Below, piece by piece: positions 1 through 8,201 of a DNA stretch of 64,000 nt. The stretch's first letter is position 1, and every line of letters begins with the position of its first letter. The position numbers were made by a program, and so were the translations under genes. The notes under the pieces were generated by a model, which saw only the letters and a program-made list of their open reading frames with translations, ran no database searches and was not told where the DNA came from. The stretch covers positions 5,389 to 69,388 of the forward strand of contig DATKSQ010000106.1 in assembly GCA_035531615.1 (NCBI GenBank), written 5' to 3'. This DNA is from Candidatus Binataceae bacterium. GTDB lineage: Bacteria; Desulfobacterota; Binatia; Binatales; Binataceae.

Positions 1-235
1 CCGCGACGAAGTCGGCGAACATCTTCTTGACCGCCGCGCTCGAGGATACGTCGGCGACCAACGGGCCCGCTTTGCCGCCCGCGCGCTCGATCTCGGTTGC
101 GACGTTTTGCGCCGACTCGGGCCTGATGTCGTTGACCGCGACCCTGGCGCCCTCGCGCGCGAAGGTTAGTCCCATCTCGCGGCCCAGGCCGGAGCCGCCG
201 CCGGTGATCATCACAACTTTATCTTTCAGCCGCAT
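1..235 (-). CDS. short-chain dehydrogenase/reductase (SDR), N-terminal part; gene runs off the left edge
   Basis: Reverse translation from ATG at 235-233 gives MRLKDKVVMITGGGSGLGREMGLTFAREGARVAVNDIR, which carries the TGxxxGxG Rossmann motif of classical SDRs. It is absent from the ORF track because no stop lies in the window. Confidence 0.75.
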   Translation of the reverse strand, partial: MRLKDKVVMITGGGSGLGREMGLTFAREGARVAVNDIRPESAQNVATEIERAGGKAGPLVADVSSSAAVKKMFADFVA

Positions 236-262
236 TGCGTCCTCTCATTTTTCGCCTTGGGG

Positions 263-601
263 TTACTTTTTGCCCTCGCGCAGTTGCCGCTTCCAATCGA
301 GGCGGCGCGCTTCGGCGCCGGCGGCCTCGGCCTCCGCGATCATGCCTTTCTTCTGATAGAACATGCTCAGGTTGGTGAAGACCAGGACGTCTTCCGGATC
401 CTGCGCGATATGGCGCTTGGTCACCTCGATCGCCGTGTCGAGGTCGCCCTTGGCCATATAGCACATCGCCAGTCCGTGCACGGCGTCGGTGAATTTCGGA
501 TCGACCTCGAGCGCGCGCTGGTACATCGCGATCGCCTCGTCGAACTTGTCGTCGGCGAACAGGTCGATCGCCTGATCGTATAAGTCTTCCTTGCTGTCCA
601 T
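263..601 (-). CDS. tetratricopeptide (TPR) repeat protein
   Basis: The ORF 263..703 is trimmed to the internal ATG at 601 (MDSKEDLYDQAIDLF...). Repeated A-x-x-Y-x-x-A-L-x-x-D-P helical-pair pattern (AIAMYQRALEVDPKF, GLAMCYMAKGDLDTAIE). Confidence 0.7.
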   Translation of the reverse strand: MDSKEDLYDQAIDLFADDKFDEAIAMYQRALEVDPKFTDAVHGLAMCYMAKGDLDTAIEVTKRHIAQDPEDVLVFTNLSMFYQKKGMIAEAEAAGAEARRLDWKRQLREGKK

Positions 602-683
602 TGGATTGCCCGGCCTCTTGCTGACTCTGATTGCCGCCGCCATTTCGGACGGGTTCGGTTTCTTATACAATAGATTGTGCTCG

Positions 684-1007
684 ATGGATAATTCCGCCGC
701 CACCGCTATTACCGAGGCCGACGTTTACGAGGTCCTGCGGGAATGCTACGACCCGGAGATTCCGGTCAACGTGGTTGACCTGGGTCTGGTCTATGGAGTC
801 GCGCTTAGCGGCGGCGTGATCAACGTCACCATGACGCTGACGGCGCCCGGATGCCATATGGGCGCCATGATCACCGAGGAGATTCAGGACAAGCTGCTGG
901 GCCTGCCCGGATGCGACGACGCCACCGTCGAGATCGTCTGGGATCCTCCGTGGACGCCGCACATGATGAGCGAGCAGGCCCGCAAGAAGCTCGCCCTCGA
1001 CGACTGA
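684..1007 (+). CDS. DUF59 / MIP18-family metal-sulfur cluster assembly factor (SufT/PaaD-like)
   Basis: The ORF 591..1007 is trimmed to the ATG at 684 (MDNSAATAITEADVYEVLRECYDPEIPVNVVDLGLVY...TAPGCHMG...). The YDPEIPVNVVDLGLV and TxxxCP/H signatures are typical of DUF59. Confidence 0.75.
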   Translation: MDNSAATAITEADVYEVLRECYDPEIPVNVVDLGLVYGVALSGGVINVTMTLTAPGCHMGAMITEEIQDKLLGLPGCDDATVEIVWDPPWTPHMMSEQARKKLALDD

Positions 1008-1037
1008 CCGCGGGCGGCGTGCGGCCGAGCGCGCTCG

Positions 1038-2645
1038 CTACGGATCGATCAACACTCCGGGATTCAATATCGCGTGCGGATCGAGTTCGCGCTTGGCCGC
1101 TCTGAGAGCGCGCGCGAAGCCATCGGGCCGCTGCCGATCGTACCACGGGCGATGATACCGGCCGACCGCGTGATGATGCGTGATTGTGCCGCCGAGCTTG
1201 ATCAGCAGGTCGGAGACCTCGGCCTTGATTTCATCCCACTGCTCGATTTGCGAATTTTTCTTACCCGGCGCCAGCACCGTGTAATAGGGCGCCGGACCGT
1301 CGGGATAAACGTGCGTGAAGCGGCAGGTCACGGAACCTCTGCCGCAGACTCGGGTCACGGCCCGGGTCGCGCACTCGATCATTTGGCGATGGAAATCGGC
1401 GAAGCGATCCCAGGTGATCGCCGTCTCGAACGTGTTGCTGACCATCCCCAGCCCCGCCACTGTATCCATAAGGTAAGGCGCGTTGAGGAAAGCATTGCGC
1501 CACGCGCCCGCCGCGCCGCCGTGAGTCGCGTCGGCGTCGGTGCGCGTCTGGATCGCGTTGTCGGGAACCTTGCCGCCATGCGCCGCGCAGATTTCGGCCG
1601 CGCGCTTCAGCCACGGTTCCAGCCGATGATCCGCGGACTCGAACGCCAGCACCAGCACGGCTTCGTCGCCGCTGCCCGCGCCCGAGTTGAGCGCCTCACC
1701 GGGGTCGAGCACGCGGCAGTTGGCCGGAAACAGTGCGGCCTGCGCGATGACCCGCACCGCTTCGGCGGCGGCAAAGATATCCTTGAATGTTACCGACGCG
1801 CCGGCGCGGAACTTCGGCCGATCCTGCAAACGCATCCACGCCTCGGTGATAATCCCGAGAATCCCCTCCGATCCGATAAACATCCGGTCCGGACTCGGTC
1901 CTGCTCCCGAGCCGGGCAGGCGCCGCGATTCGATTGTCCCGGTCGGAGTGACGATGCGCAGCGACTCGACGAAATCGTCGATATGCGTGTAGTTGGTCGC
2001 GAAATGGCCGCCCGAGCGCGTCGCGATCCATCCGCCCAGCGTCGAGAACTCGAACGACTGCGGAAAATGCCGAATCGTGTAGCCGTGCGGACGAAGTTGA
2101 TCGTCGAGCGCGGGGCCCAGCACGCCGCCCTGAATCCGGGCCGCGCGCGAGACCTTGTCCACCTCGAGCACCTGGCCGAGACGAGTCAGATCGATCGACA
2201 CCGCGCCGCGATAGTCGCCGCGCGCCGGAGGCTCGACACCTCCGACCACGCTCGAGCCGCCGCCGAAGGGAACCGCGGCCAGCCGCGCGCCATCGCACCA
2301 TTCGAGCACGCGCGCCACGTCGGCTTCGTCGCGCGGGTAGGCGACGATATCGAATGGATTCGAGAAATCGCGGCGAAAGATTCGCACCAGATCGCGAAAG
2401 TCGCGGCCGTAGCTGTGCAGCACGCGCTCGTAGGGCGACGACGCGCAGATATCCGCGAGCGAATCGGGCGGCGACACACGCGGCGCGCGCAGCTCGAGCT
2501 CGGACTCCTTGGGCGGCGCGGTAATCGATAGCGCCCCCAAGCCGAACCGTTTCGCCATCCGCTCGGCAAGATGCTTCTGCTGTTCGGGGTTCGGGCCCTG
2601 GTCTTCGTAGCCCCATCCCCAGAACTTGCGCCTTCGCTCGGCCAT
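1038..2645 (-). CDS. FAD-linked oxidase, alkylglycerone-phosphate synthase (AGPS)-like
   Basis: The ORF 1038..2903 is trimmed to the ATG at 2645 (MAERRRKFWGWGYEDQGP...). The WGWGY N-terminal motif, the FAD-binding PCMH-type region (VVGGVEP...GGVLGPALD, FEFSTLGGWIATRSGG) and the overall length fit the AGPS / FAD-binding-4 family. Confidence 0.75.
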   Translation of the reverse strand: MAERRRKFWGWGYEDQGPNPEQQKHLAERMAKRFGLGALSITAPPKESELELRAPRVSPPDSLADICASSPYERVLHSYGRDFRDLVRIFRRDFSNPFDIVAYPRDEADVARVLEWCDGARLAAVPFGGGSSVVGGVEPPARGDYRGAVSIDLTRLGQVLEVDKVSRAARIQGGVLGPALDDQLRPHGYTIRHFPQSFEFSTLGGWIATRSGGHFATNYTHIDDFVESLRIVTPTGTIESRRLPGSGAGPSPDRMFIGSEGILGIITEAWMRLQDRPKFRAGASVTFKDIFAAAEAVRVIAQAALFPANCRVLDPGEALNSGAGSGDEAVLVLAFESADHRLEPWLKRAAEICAAHGGKVPDNAIQTRTDADATHGGAAGAWRNAFLNAPYLMDTVAGLGMVSNTFETAITWDRFADFHRQMIECATRAVTRVCGRGSVTCRFTHVYPDGPAPYYTVLAPGKKNSQIEQWDEIKAEVSDLLIKLGGTITHHHAVGRYHRPWYDRQRPDGFARALRAAKRELDPHAILNPGVLIDP

Positions 2646-2786
2646 CGCGATTTCCTCCGGAACACGGATTCGGCTGACTGGCGCGATTGTGCATCGCGGG
2701 CCGCAAAACGCGCAAGCGTTCGGGCCGATCTTGCACTTAGCGCCTGAACCTTCTATTTCTCGATTGATCCGGGAGATTTCCCCCTC

Positions 2787-3686
2787 ATGAGTCCCGCTGA
2801 GATTTCCGCCACCGATCCGCATCCCCGCCATCGCGTCGAACTGCTCGGCACCTCGATGTCGTTCGCCGACACGGGCGCCGGCGGCGCGATCGTATTCCTG
2901 CACGGCAATCCGACTTCCGCTTACCTATGGCGCAACGTGATCGCGCATCTGGCGCCGTTTGCGCGATGCGTCGCTCCGGATCTCATCGGGATGGGCGCGT
3001 CGGGGAAATCCTCGACCGGGGGCTACCGGTTCGCCGATCACGCGCTCCATCTGGACGCGTTTTTGGATCGCGTGCTGCCCAAGGGCCAGCTCACTTTCGT
3101 GGTGCATGATTGGGGCTCGGCGCTGGGCTTCGATTGGGCGCGCCGTCATCCCGAGCGCACGGCCGCGATCGCATACATGGAAGCGATCGTGCGTCCGTTA
3201 ACCTGGGCGGAGTGGTCGCAGCCCGCGGTCGAGCTGTTCAAGTCGCTGCGCAGCACGGCCGGCGACGATCTGATTCTCGAGCGCAATATCTTCGTCGAAC
3301 GGATTCTGCCCGGCAGCGTCATGCGCCAGCTGAGCGCGGCGGAGATGGATGCTTACCGCAAGCCGTTCCTAGAGCCGGGAGAATCGCGCCGCCCCACCCT
3401 TGCCTGGCCGCGCGAGATCCCCCTCGACGGCGAACCTGCCGACGTGGTTGCGATCGTGGCCGCATACGCGGGCTGGCTCGCGGCGAGCCCGATGCCGAAG
3501 CTGTTCATCAACGCCGAGCCGGGCGCAATCCTGACCGGAGCGCAACGCGAGTCGTGCCGCCAATGGCCCAATCAGCGCGAGGGCACGGTGCGCGGCATCC
3601 ATTTCATACAGGAAGATTCACCGCATGAGATCGGGCAGGCGATCGCCGGCTGGTATCGATCGATCCGCGGCGGCTCGAGCAATTAA
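2787..3686 (+). CDS. haloalkane dehalogenase (alpha/beta-hydrolase, HLD-II-like)
   Basis: LHGNPTSAYLWRN (halide-stabilising Asn), VHDWGSALG (nucleophile Asp plus Trp), AYMEAIV (acid Glu) and IHFIQEDSPHEIG (His) are all visible. Confidence 0.85.
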   Translation: MSPAEISATDPHPRHRVELLGTSMSFADTGAGGAIVFLHGNPTSAYLWRNVIAHLAPFARCVAPDLIGMGASGKSSTGGYRFADHALHLDAFLDRVLPKGQLTFVVHDWGSALGFDWARRHPERTAAIAYMEAIVRPLTWAEWSQPAVELFKSLRSTAGDDLILERNIFVERILPGSVMRQLSAAEMDAYRKPFLEPGESRRPTLAWPREIPLDGEPADVVAIVAAYAGWLAASPMPKLFINAEPGAILTGAQRESCRQWPNQREGTVRGIHFIQEDSPHEIGQAIAGWYRSIRGGSSN

Positions 3687-3698
3687 TCAAAGGAGTCA

Positions 3699-4499
3699 GT
3701 GGTGGTTCTCGAATATCAAAATCTGCTCTTTGAAATAAGGGGTAACGTGGCCGATGTGGTAATCAACCGTCCTCACGCCGCCAATTCGATAAATCTCGAC
3801 CTGGCGCGCGAGTTGAGCGACGCGATCCGAATCTGCTCCGAAGAACCCAGGATCCGCGCGGTGGTTTTGCGCGGCGAGGGCAAGCTGTTCTGCGCGGGCG
3901 GCGACCTGAAGGCTTTCGGCGCGCAGCCCCCCGCCCAATTGCCCGGCCATCTCGAACGCGTGACCCATTTCCTGCATCGCGCGATCACCACCCTCGCGCA
4001 CATGAGTTCGCCGATCGTCGCCGCGGTGCATGGCAGCGCCGCCGGCGCCGGATTCAGCCTCGTCTGCGCGTGCGATTTCGTGATCGCCGCCGAGTCGGCG
4101 AAGTTCACGATGGCTTACACCAACACCGCGCTCACTCCCGACGGCTCTTCGACCTATTTCCTGCCTCGAATCGTCGGCTACAAGAAGGCGCTGGAATTAT
4201 CCATCTCGAATCCGACCCTAAGCGCCGACGAGGCTCAAGCCCTCGGCATCGTCACCCGGGTGGTGCCCGACGGCGACCTCGTCTCCGCCGCGACCGCGCT
4301 GGCAACCGAGCTGGCGACCGGACCGACGGGAGCTTACGGCGGCGTCAAGCGCCTGCTCCTCGCCAGCGCGAACAACACGCTCGAGGCGCAGATGTCGCGC
4401 GAGGCCGAATGGCTCTCCTCGATGTCCAAGACCCGGGACGCGCGCGAAGGAATCGCGGCGTTCCTGGCCAAGCGCACTCCAAAGTTCTCGGGCGATTAG
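3699..4499 (+). CDS. enoyl-CoA hydratase/isomerase (crotonase) family protein
   Basis: GTG start. VINRPHAANSI...VLRGEGKLFCAGGDLK...AAVHGSAAGAGFSLVCACDF are crotonase oxyanion-hole motifs. Confidence 0.85.
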   Translation: MVVLEYQNLLFEIRGNVADVVINRPHAANSINLDLARELSDAIRICSEEPRIRAVVLRGEGKLFCAGGDLKAFGAQPPAQLPGHLERVTHFLHRAITTLAHMSSPIVAAVHGSAAGAGFSLVCACDFVIAAESAKFTMAYTNTALTPDGSSTYFLPRIVGYKKALELSISNPTLSADEAQALGIVTRVVPDGDLVSAATALATELATGPTGAYGGVKRLLLASANNTLEAQMSREAEWLSSMSKTRDAREGIAAFLAKRTPKFSGD

Positions 4500-4500
4500 G

Positions 4501-6060
4501 TCAATCGCCATCCTGCGCGGCCGACGCCTGCATCTGCGCGCGCCCGTCCGCCGCAGTCTCAGCCACGCGCGGGCTGTGCACGGATTTCTGCGCCGGATGG
4601 ATATACAGCACGGATGCGTCAGGACGCTCGTCGGTGTGCGGCGCGGGTGGGCGCATCTGGTATTTGACCGGGCGCTGATGCTCCTGGAACTGGCGCTCCG
4701 CATTATAGACCTTGTTGAATTTCCAGAGCATCTTGACGAAGTTGGTCTGCCCCTGCATCAGCAGGCGCCCCGCGATCGACGCCACGTCCTTCAACACGCT
4801 GAAACCCAGATGCTTGCGGTTGAGCACGCCCTGGGTCTTGACCAGCTCTTCATAATATTGGAGCAGCGGCAGCTTGGTCGGCAGCACCGCGTGCTGGATG
4901 TCGTAGAGCCGGTAATCCAGCGTGGTGAGCTTGCGCGCTTCGGTGAACCACAACTCGGTGCCCGGATAGGGAGTCGCGACGGTGAGATGAACGATCTCCG
5001 GGATGCTCATGGCCCATTCGCGGATTATCTCGAAGCGCCGCTCGTCCCATGAGGGGTCGGCGATCAGGTTGATCGCGACCGTCACGCCGATCTTGCGCGC
5101 GACTTCGAGCGCCTTGATGTTGGTGTCGAGCGACGAGCGCTTGCGATGCGCCTTGAGGCCCTCTTCATCGATCGCCTCGAGGCCCAGGAACATGTATTCG
5201 AGCCCGAGCCGCCGCCAGTACTCGAAAACCTCCTGGTTGCGGATCAGAACATCGGCGCGCGTCTCGAGGTAGTACTGTTTTTTGATCTTGCGCTTTTCGA
5301 GCTCATGCCCGATGGCGTAGCCGTGCTCGGGATGGATGAAGGCGACGTCGTCAACGATGAAGACGTTGGGTTCCTTGATCGAGGCCATATCCTCGGCCGC
5401 CGCCTCGGCGGTCGATTTGCGGTAGCTGCGGCCGTAGAAGGTCCACGCGCTGCAGAACGAGCAATCCCACGGGCACCCGCGCGTGAACTCGATCGACGCG
5501 CACGGATCGAGCACCCCGATGAAATACTTGTTGCGCCGCCGCATCAGATCGCGCGCCGGAAAAAATTTGTCCAGGTCATCAATCATGATCGGCGCTGGAC
5601 CCATGCCGCGCTCGGTCACCGCGCCCGGCACCTTCGCGACCGCGTCGGCTCCGTCCTCGATCGCCTCGAGCAGCATCTGCGCGCTGGTCTCGCCCTCGCC
5701 GCGCAACACGCAATCGACGGCGCCCTCGGCGTGCTCCAGGATGTCGCTGGCGACGAACGACCCGCTGTGCCCGCCCACAAACACGAAACAGTTGGGGTCG
5801 CGATGCTTGATTGCCTTGGCGAGATCGATCACCTCGGGCACGTTGGCCAGATAGTTGAGCGAAAATCCGATCGCGCGCGGCCGAAAATCGTCGAACTCGC
5901 GGTACAGATCGCGATGCTGGAAAATCTGCAAATCGAGCATCCGCACCTCATGCCCCGCGGTGCGCACCGCCGCCGCCACCCGCTCGAGACCGAGCGGTTC
6001 CAGGCGCAGGTAGATCTCGCTGTACATCAGCGGACTGGGATGCACGAATAGAACCCGCAT
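4501..6060 (-). CDS. B12-binding radical SAM protein (candidate hopanoid C-methylase, HpnR-like)
   Basis: The ORF 4501..6315 is trimmed to the ATG at 6060 (MRVLFVHPSPLMYSEIYLRLEPLGLERVAAAVRTAGHEVRMLDLQ). It has an N-terminal B12-binding Rossmann part and a CxxxCxxC cluster motif, RGCPWDCSFCS. The HpnR-like call comes from memory of the family N-terminus and from proximity to the hpn cluster only. Confidence 0.8.
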   Translation of the reverse strand: MRVLFVHPSPLMYSEIYLRLEPLGLERVAAAVRTAGHEVRMLDLQIFQHRDLYREFDDFRPRAIGFSLNYLANVPEVIDLAKAIKHRDPNCFVFVGGHSGSFVASDILEHAEGAVDCVLRGEGETSAQMLLEAIEDGADAVAKVPGAVTERGMGPAPIMIDDLDKFFPARDLMRRRNKYFIGVLDPCASIEFTRGCPWDCSFCSAWTFYGRSYRKSTAEAAAEDMASIKEPNVFIVDDVAFIHPEHGYAIGHELEKRKIKKQYYLETRADVLIRNQEVFEYWRRLGLEYMFLGLEAIDEEGLKAHRKRSSLDTNIKALEVARKIGVTVAINLIADPSWDERRFEIIREWAMSIPEIVHLTVATPYPGTELWFTEARKLTTLDYRLYDIQHAVLPTKLPLLQYYEELVKTQGVLNRKHLGFSVLKDVASIAGRLLMQGQTNFVKMLWKFNKVYNAERQFQEHQRPVKYQMRPPAPHTDERPDASVLYIHPAQKSVHSPRVAETAADGRAQMQASAAQDGD

Positions 6061-6220
6061 TTTCTCCTCCCTCGTTGGCGCCGATGCGCGTGCCCCCCGC
6101 GGGGCATTTGCGCGCGCGCACGGCTGCTCGGGTAGAATCTTAATCCCCTCGGCACGCCAGCGAAATAGGCGCACTGATCGGGCGCGCGCGATGCTATACT
6201 CTGGATGCGAGGTCGATCCG

Positions 6221-6394
6221 ATGCGCAAGCCAGACTGGCCGCGACTGATGCGCAACCTGACCCTCACCGCGATCATAATCGTGGCGATCGTGGACGGCGT
6301 GCTGCTCGCCGTCATCCGCGAACGCTTCGCGCACGACCACGGCTACGACCTCCGCTCGCATCGCCGCGCAGTCGCCAAGCCCGCGCCGCCATGA
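6221..6394 (+). CDS. small hypothetical membrane protein (57 aa)
   Basis: ATG at 6221 inside ORF 6191..6394 (MRKPDWPRLMRNLTLTAIIIVAIVDGVLLAVIRERF...). One clear TM helix and strongly G/C-biased third codon positions, like the real genes here. Confidence 0.35.
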   Translation: MRKPDWPRLMRNLTLTAIIIVAIVDGVLLAVIRERFAHDHGYDLRSHRRAVAKPAPP

Positions 6395-6533
6395 CCTGAG
6401 ATGATTCGAGCCGATGCCCGCACGGCGAGCGCGCCGCTATTGACAAGTATCGCGTGGCGCTGGATTTTGGGCGTTGGCCCTTCACTTACAATCGACTCGA
6501 AAGGCGGGGAATGATCTTCCCCGGGGTGGAACC

Positions 6534-7544
6534 ATGCAGCACGCAAAACTTGGCAGGACCGGTCTTACCGTCTCGCGCATCTGTCTGGGATGCATGAGCT
6601 ATGGCGCCAAGCAGTGGCGCGACTGGGTGCTGACCGTCGATGAAGCGCGCGAGCACTTCGCCGCCGCGCTCGAAGCGGGCATCAACTTCTTCGACACCGC
6701 CAACGTGTACTCGCTCGGCGTCAGCGAAGAGATCACCGGCCGATGGCTCGGCGAGATGGCCAAGCGCGAGGATGTCGTGCTCGCGACCAAGGTCCACGGC
6801 CAGATGGCATCCGGGCCGAACCGCAGCGGCCTGTCGCGCAAGCATATTCTGGAATCGTGTGACGCATCGCTGCGCCGCCTCAAGATGGATTACATCGATC
6901 TCTACCAAATCCATCGCTTCGATTTCACCACGCCGCTCGAAGAGACTCTCGAAGCGCTCGATTCCCTGGTCCGCGCGGGCAAGGTCCGCTACCTGGGCGC
7001 CAGCTCGATGGCGGCGTGGCAGTTTCACAAGGCGCTCAACCTGCAGGACAAGAACGGATGGCATCGCTTCGTCGCGATGCAAAATCATTACAACCTGGTT
7101 TACCGCGAGGAAGAACGCGAGATGAATCCGCTCTGCCTAGATCAGGGCGTTGGCCTGATTCCGTGGAGCCCGCTCGCGCGCGGCTTTCTGGCCGGAAACC
7201 GCAACGCGCAAAAGAGCGGCGACACCGCGCGCGCCAAGTCCGACGACTTCGCCAAATCGATGTACTTCAGCGAAGCCGACTTCCAGGTGCTGAGCGAGGT
7301 CGAGAAGCTCGCCAAGGCGCGCGGCGTGACGCCCTCGCAGATCGCGTGTGCATGGATTCTCCACGCGCCCGGCGTGACCGCCCCGATAATAGGCGCGACC
7401 AAATTGAAGCATCTGAAGGAAGCGATCGACGCGGCCGAGATCAAGCTGAGCGCCGAAGAGATCGCCACGCTCGAGAAACCCTATCGCCCGCACGTGATTC
7501 TGGGCCATCAGCAACCCGACGGCCGCCGGATGCACGCGCACTGA
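6534..7544 (+). CDS. aldo/keto reductase
   Basis: The ORF is trimmed to the ATG at 6534 (MQHAKLGRTGLTVSRICLGCMSYG...FFDTANVYS...DLYQIHRFD...RYLGASS). Confidence 0.85.
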   Translation: MQHAKLGRTGLTVSRICLGCMSYGAKQWRDWVLTVDEAREHFAAALEAGINFFDTANVYSLGVSEEITGRWLGEMAKREDVVLATKVHGQMASGPNRSGLSRKHILESCDASLRRLKMDYIDLYQIHRFDFTTPLEETLEALDSLVRAGKVRYLGASSMAAWQFHKALNLQDKNGWHRFVAMQNHYNLVYREEEREMNPLCLDQGVGLIPWSPLARGFLAGNRNAQKSGDTARAKSDDFAKSMYFSEADFQVLSEVEKLAKARGVTPSQIACAWILHAPGVTAPIIGATKLKHLKEAIDAAEIKLSAEEIATLEKPYRPHVILGHQQPDGRRMHAH

Positions 7545-7629
7545 GCGCGGCGCGGGGCCGATCCCGGCGCCGGCTGAACTTAAAGCGTTACTTGAGATCG
7601 CGGAAACGCGAGTGCCAGAGGTGCGCGCG

Positions 7630-8046
7630 ATGGAAGTAAACGGAATGGCCCATGTGATGCTGACTGTCAGCAACTTCGAGGCGTGCGTGCTGTTTTACGA
7701 AAAGCTCCTGCCGTTTCTGGGCCTGACCCACGTCGTCCGGAAGACCGATTCGCAGTTCTACTGCATCGGCGCCCGCACCGGCGTTGGCATCCACAAGGCC
7801 GACGCACAATACCGCAACGAGCATTTCGATCAACGGCGCGCGGGACTTCACCACGCATGCTTCCGCGCACGCGAGCGTAAGAATATCGACGAGGCTTACG
7901 AGTTTCTGAAGACCCTCGGCGCAACGATCATCCATCCGCCCGAGGAAGGCTCCTGGGCTCCCGGCTACTACTCGATCCTGTTCGAGGATCCCGACGGCAT
8001 CCGCCTCGAGCTAAATCACATCCCCGGCAAAGGCCTGCTCGCCTGA
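7630..8046 (+). CDS. VOC family (glyoxalase/bleomycin-resistance/dioxygenase) protein
   Basis: ATG at 7630 is preceded by GAGGTG with a 6-nt spacer. MAHVMLTVSNFEACVLFYEKLL...HHACFRA...GYYSILFEDPDGIRLEL shows the paired beta-alpha-beta-beta-beta VOC pattern. Confidence 0.75.
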   Translation: MEVNGMAHVMLTVSNFEACVLFYEKLLPFLGLTHVVRKTDSQFYCIGARTGVGIHKADAQYRNEHFDQRRAGLHHACFRARERKNIDEAYEFLKTLGATIIHPPEEGSWAPGYYSILFEDPDGIRLELNHIPGKGLLA

Positions 8047-8076
8047 CCGCGGGCGGCGCGCGCGAATCTGAAAATA

Positions 8077-8154
8077 CCCTCTCCCACCGGGAGAGGGCGG
8101 CGCAGCGCGGCGATTGCTCTTTTCAGCAATCGCCGTGACGCGCGGGTGAGGGTG
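8077..8154. repeat. palindromic REP/MITE-like element, family A
   Basis: ccctctccc-accg-ggagaggg hairpin, then the ggcgattgc-N8-gcaatcgcc hairpin, then gggtgagggtg. Nearly the same unit recurs at 37542-37624. Confidence 0.8.
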
Positions 8155-8201
8155 CTTACTCCGCCGCCTTCGCGGCGCGCGATCGCTGATGCGCGGATCG
8201 C

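Noticed and set aside
1074-2531. Long antisense ORFs throughout the track. Examples are 1074..2531 +, 8277..9296 +, 9444..10778 +, 13237..14865 +, 13259..14431 -, 18265..20127 +, 29801..31294 +, 35261..36268 -, 42776..43708 -, 48391..50097 +, 51462..52439 + and 59929..60972 -.
   Set aside because: Each lies opposite or out of frame to a gene with clear family motifs. Their translations are Arg/Ala/Pro/Gly-rich low-complexity strings typical of non-coding frames in high-GC DNA, and none shows a recognisable motif.
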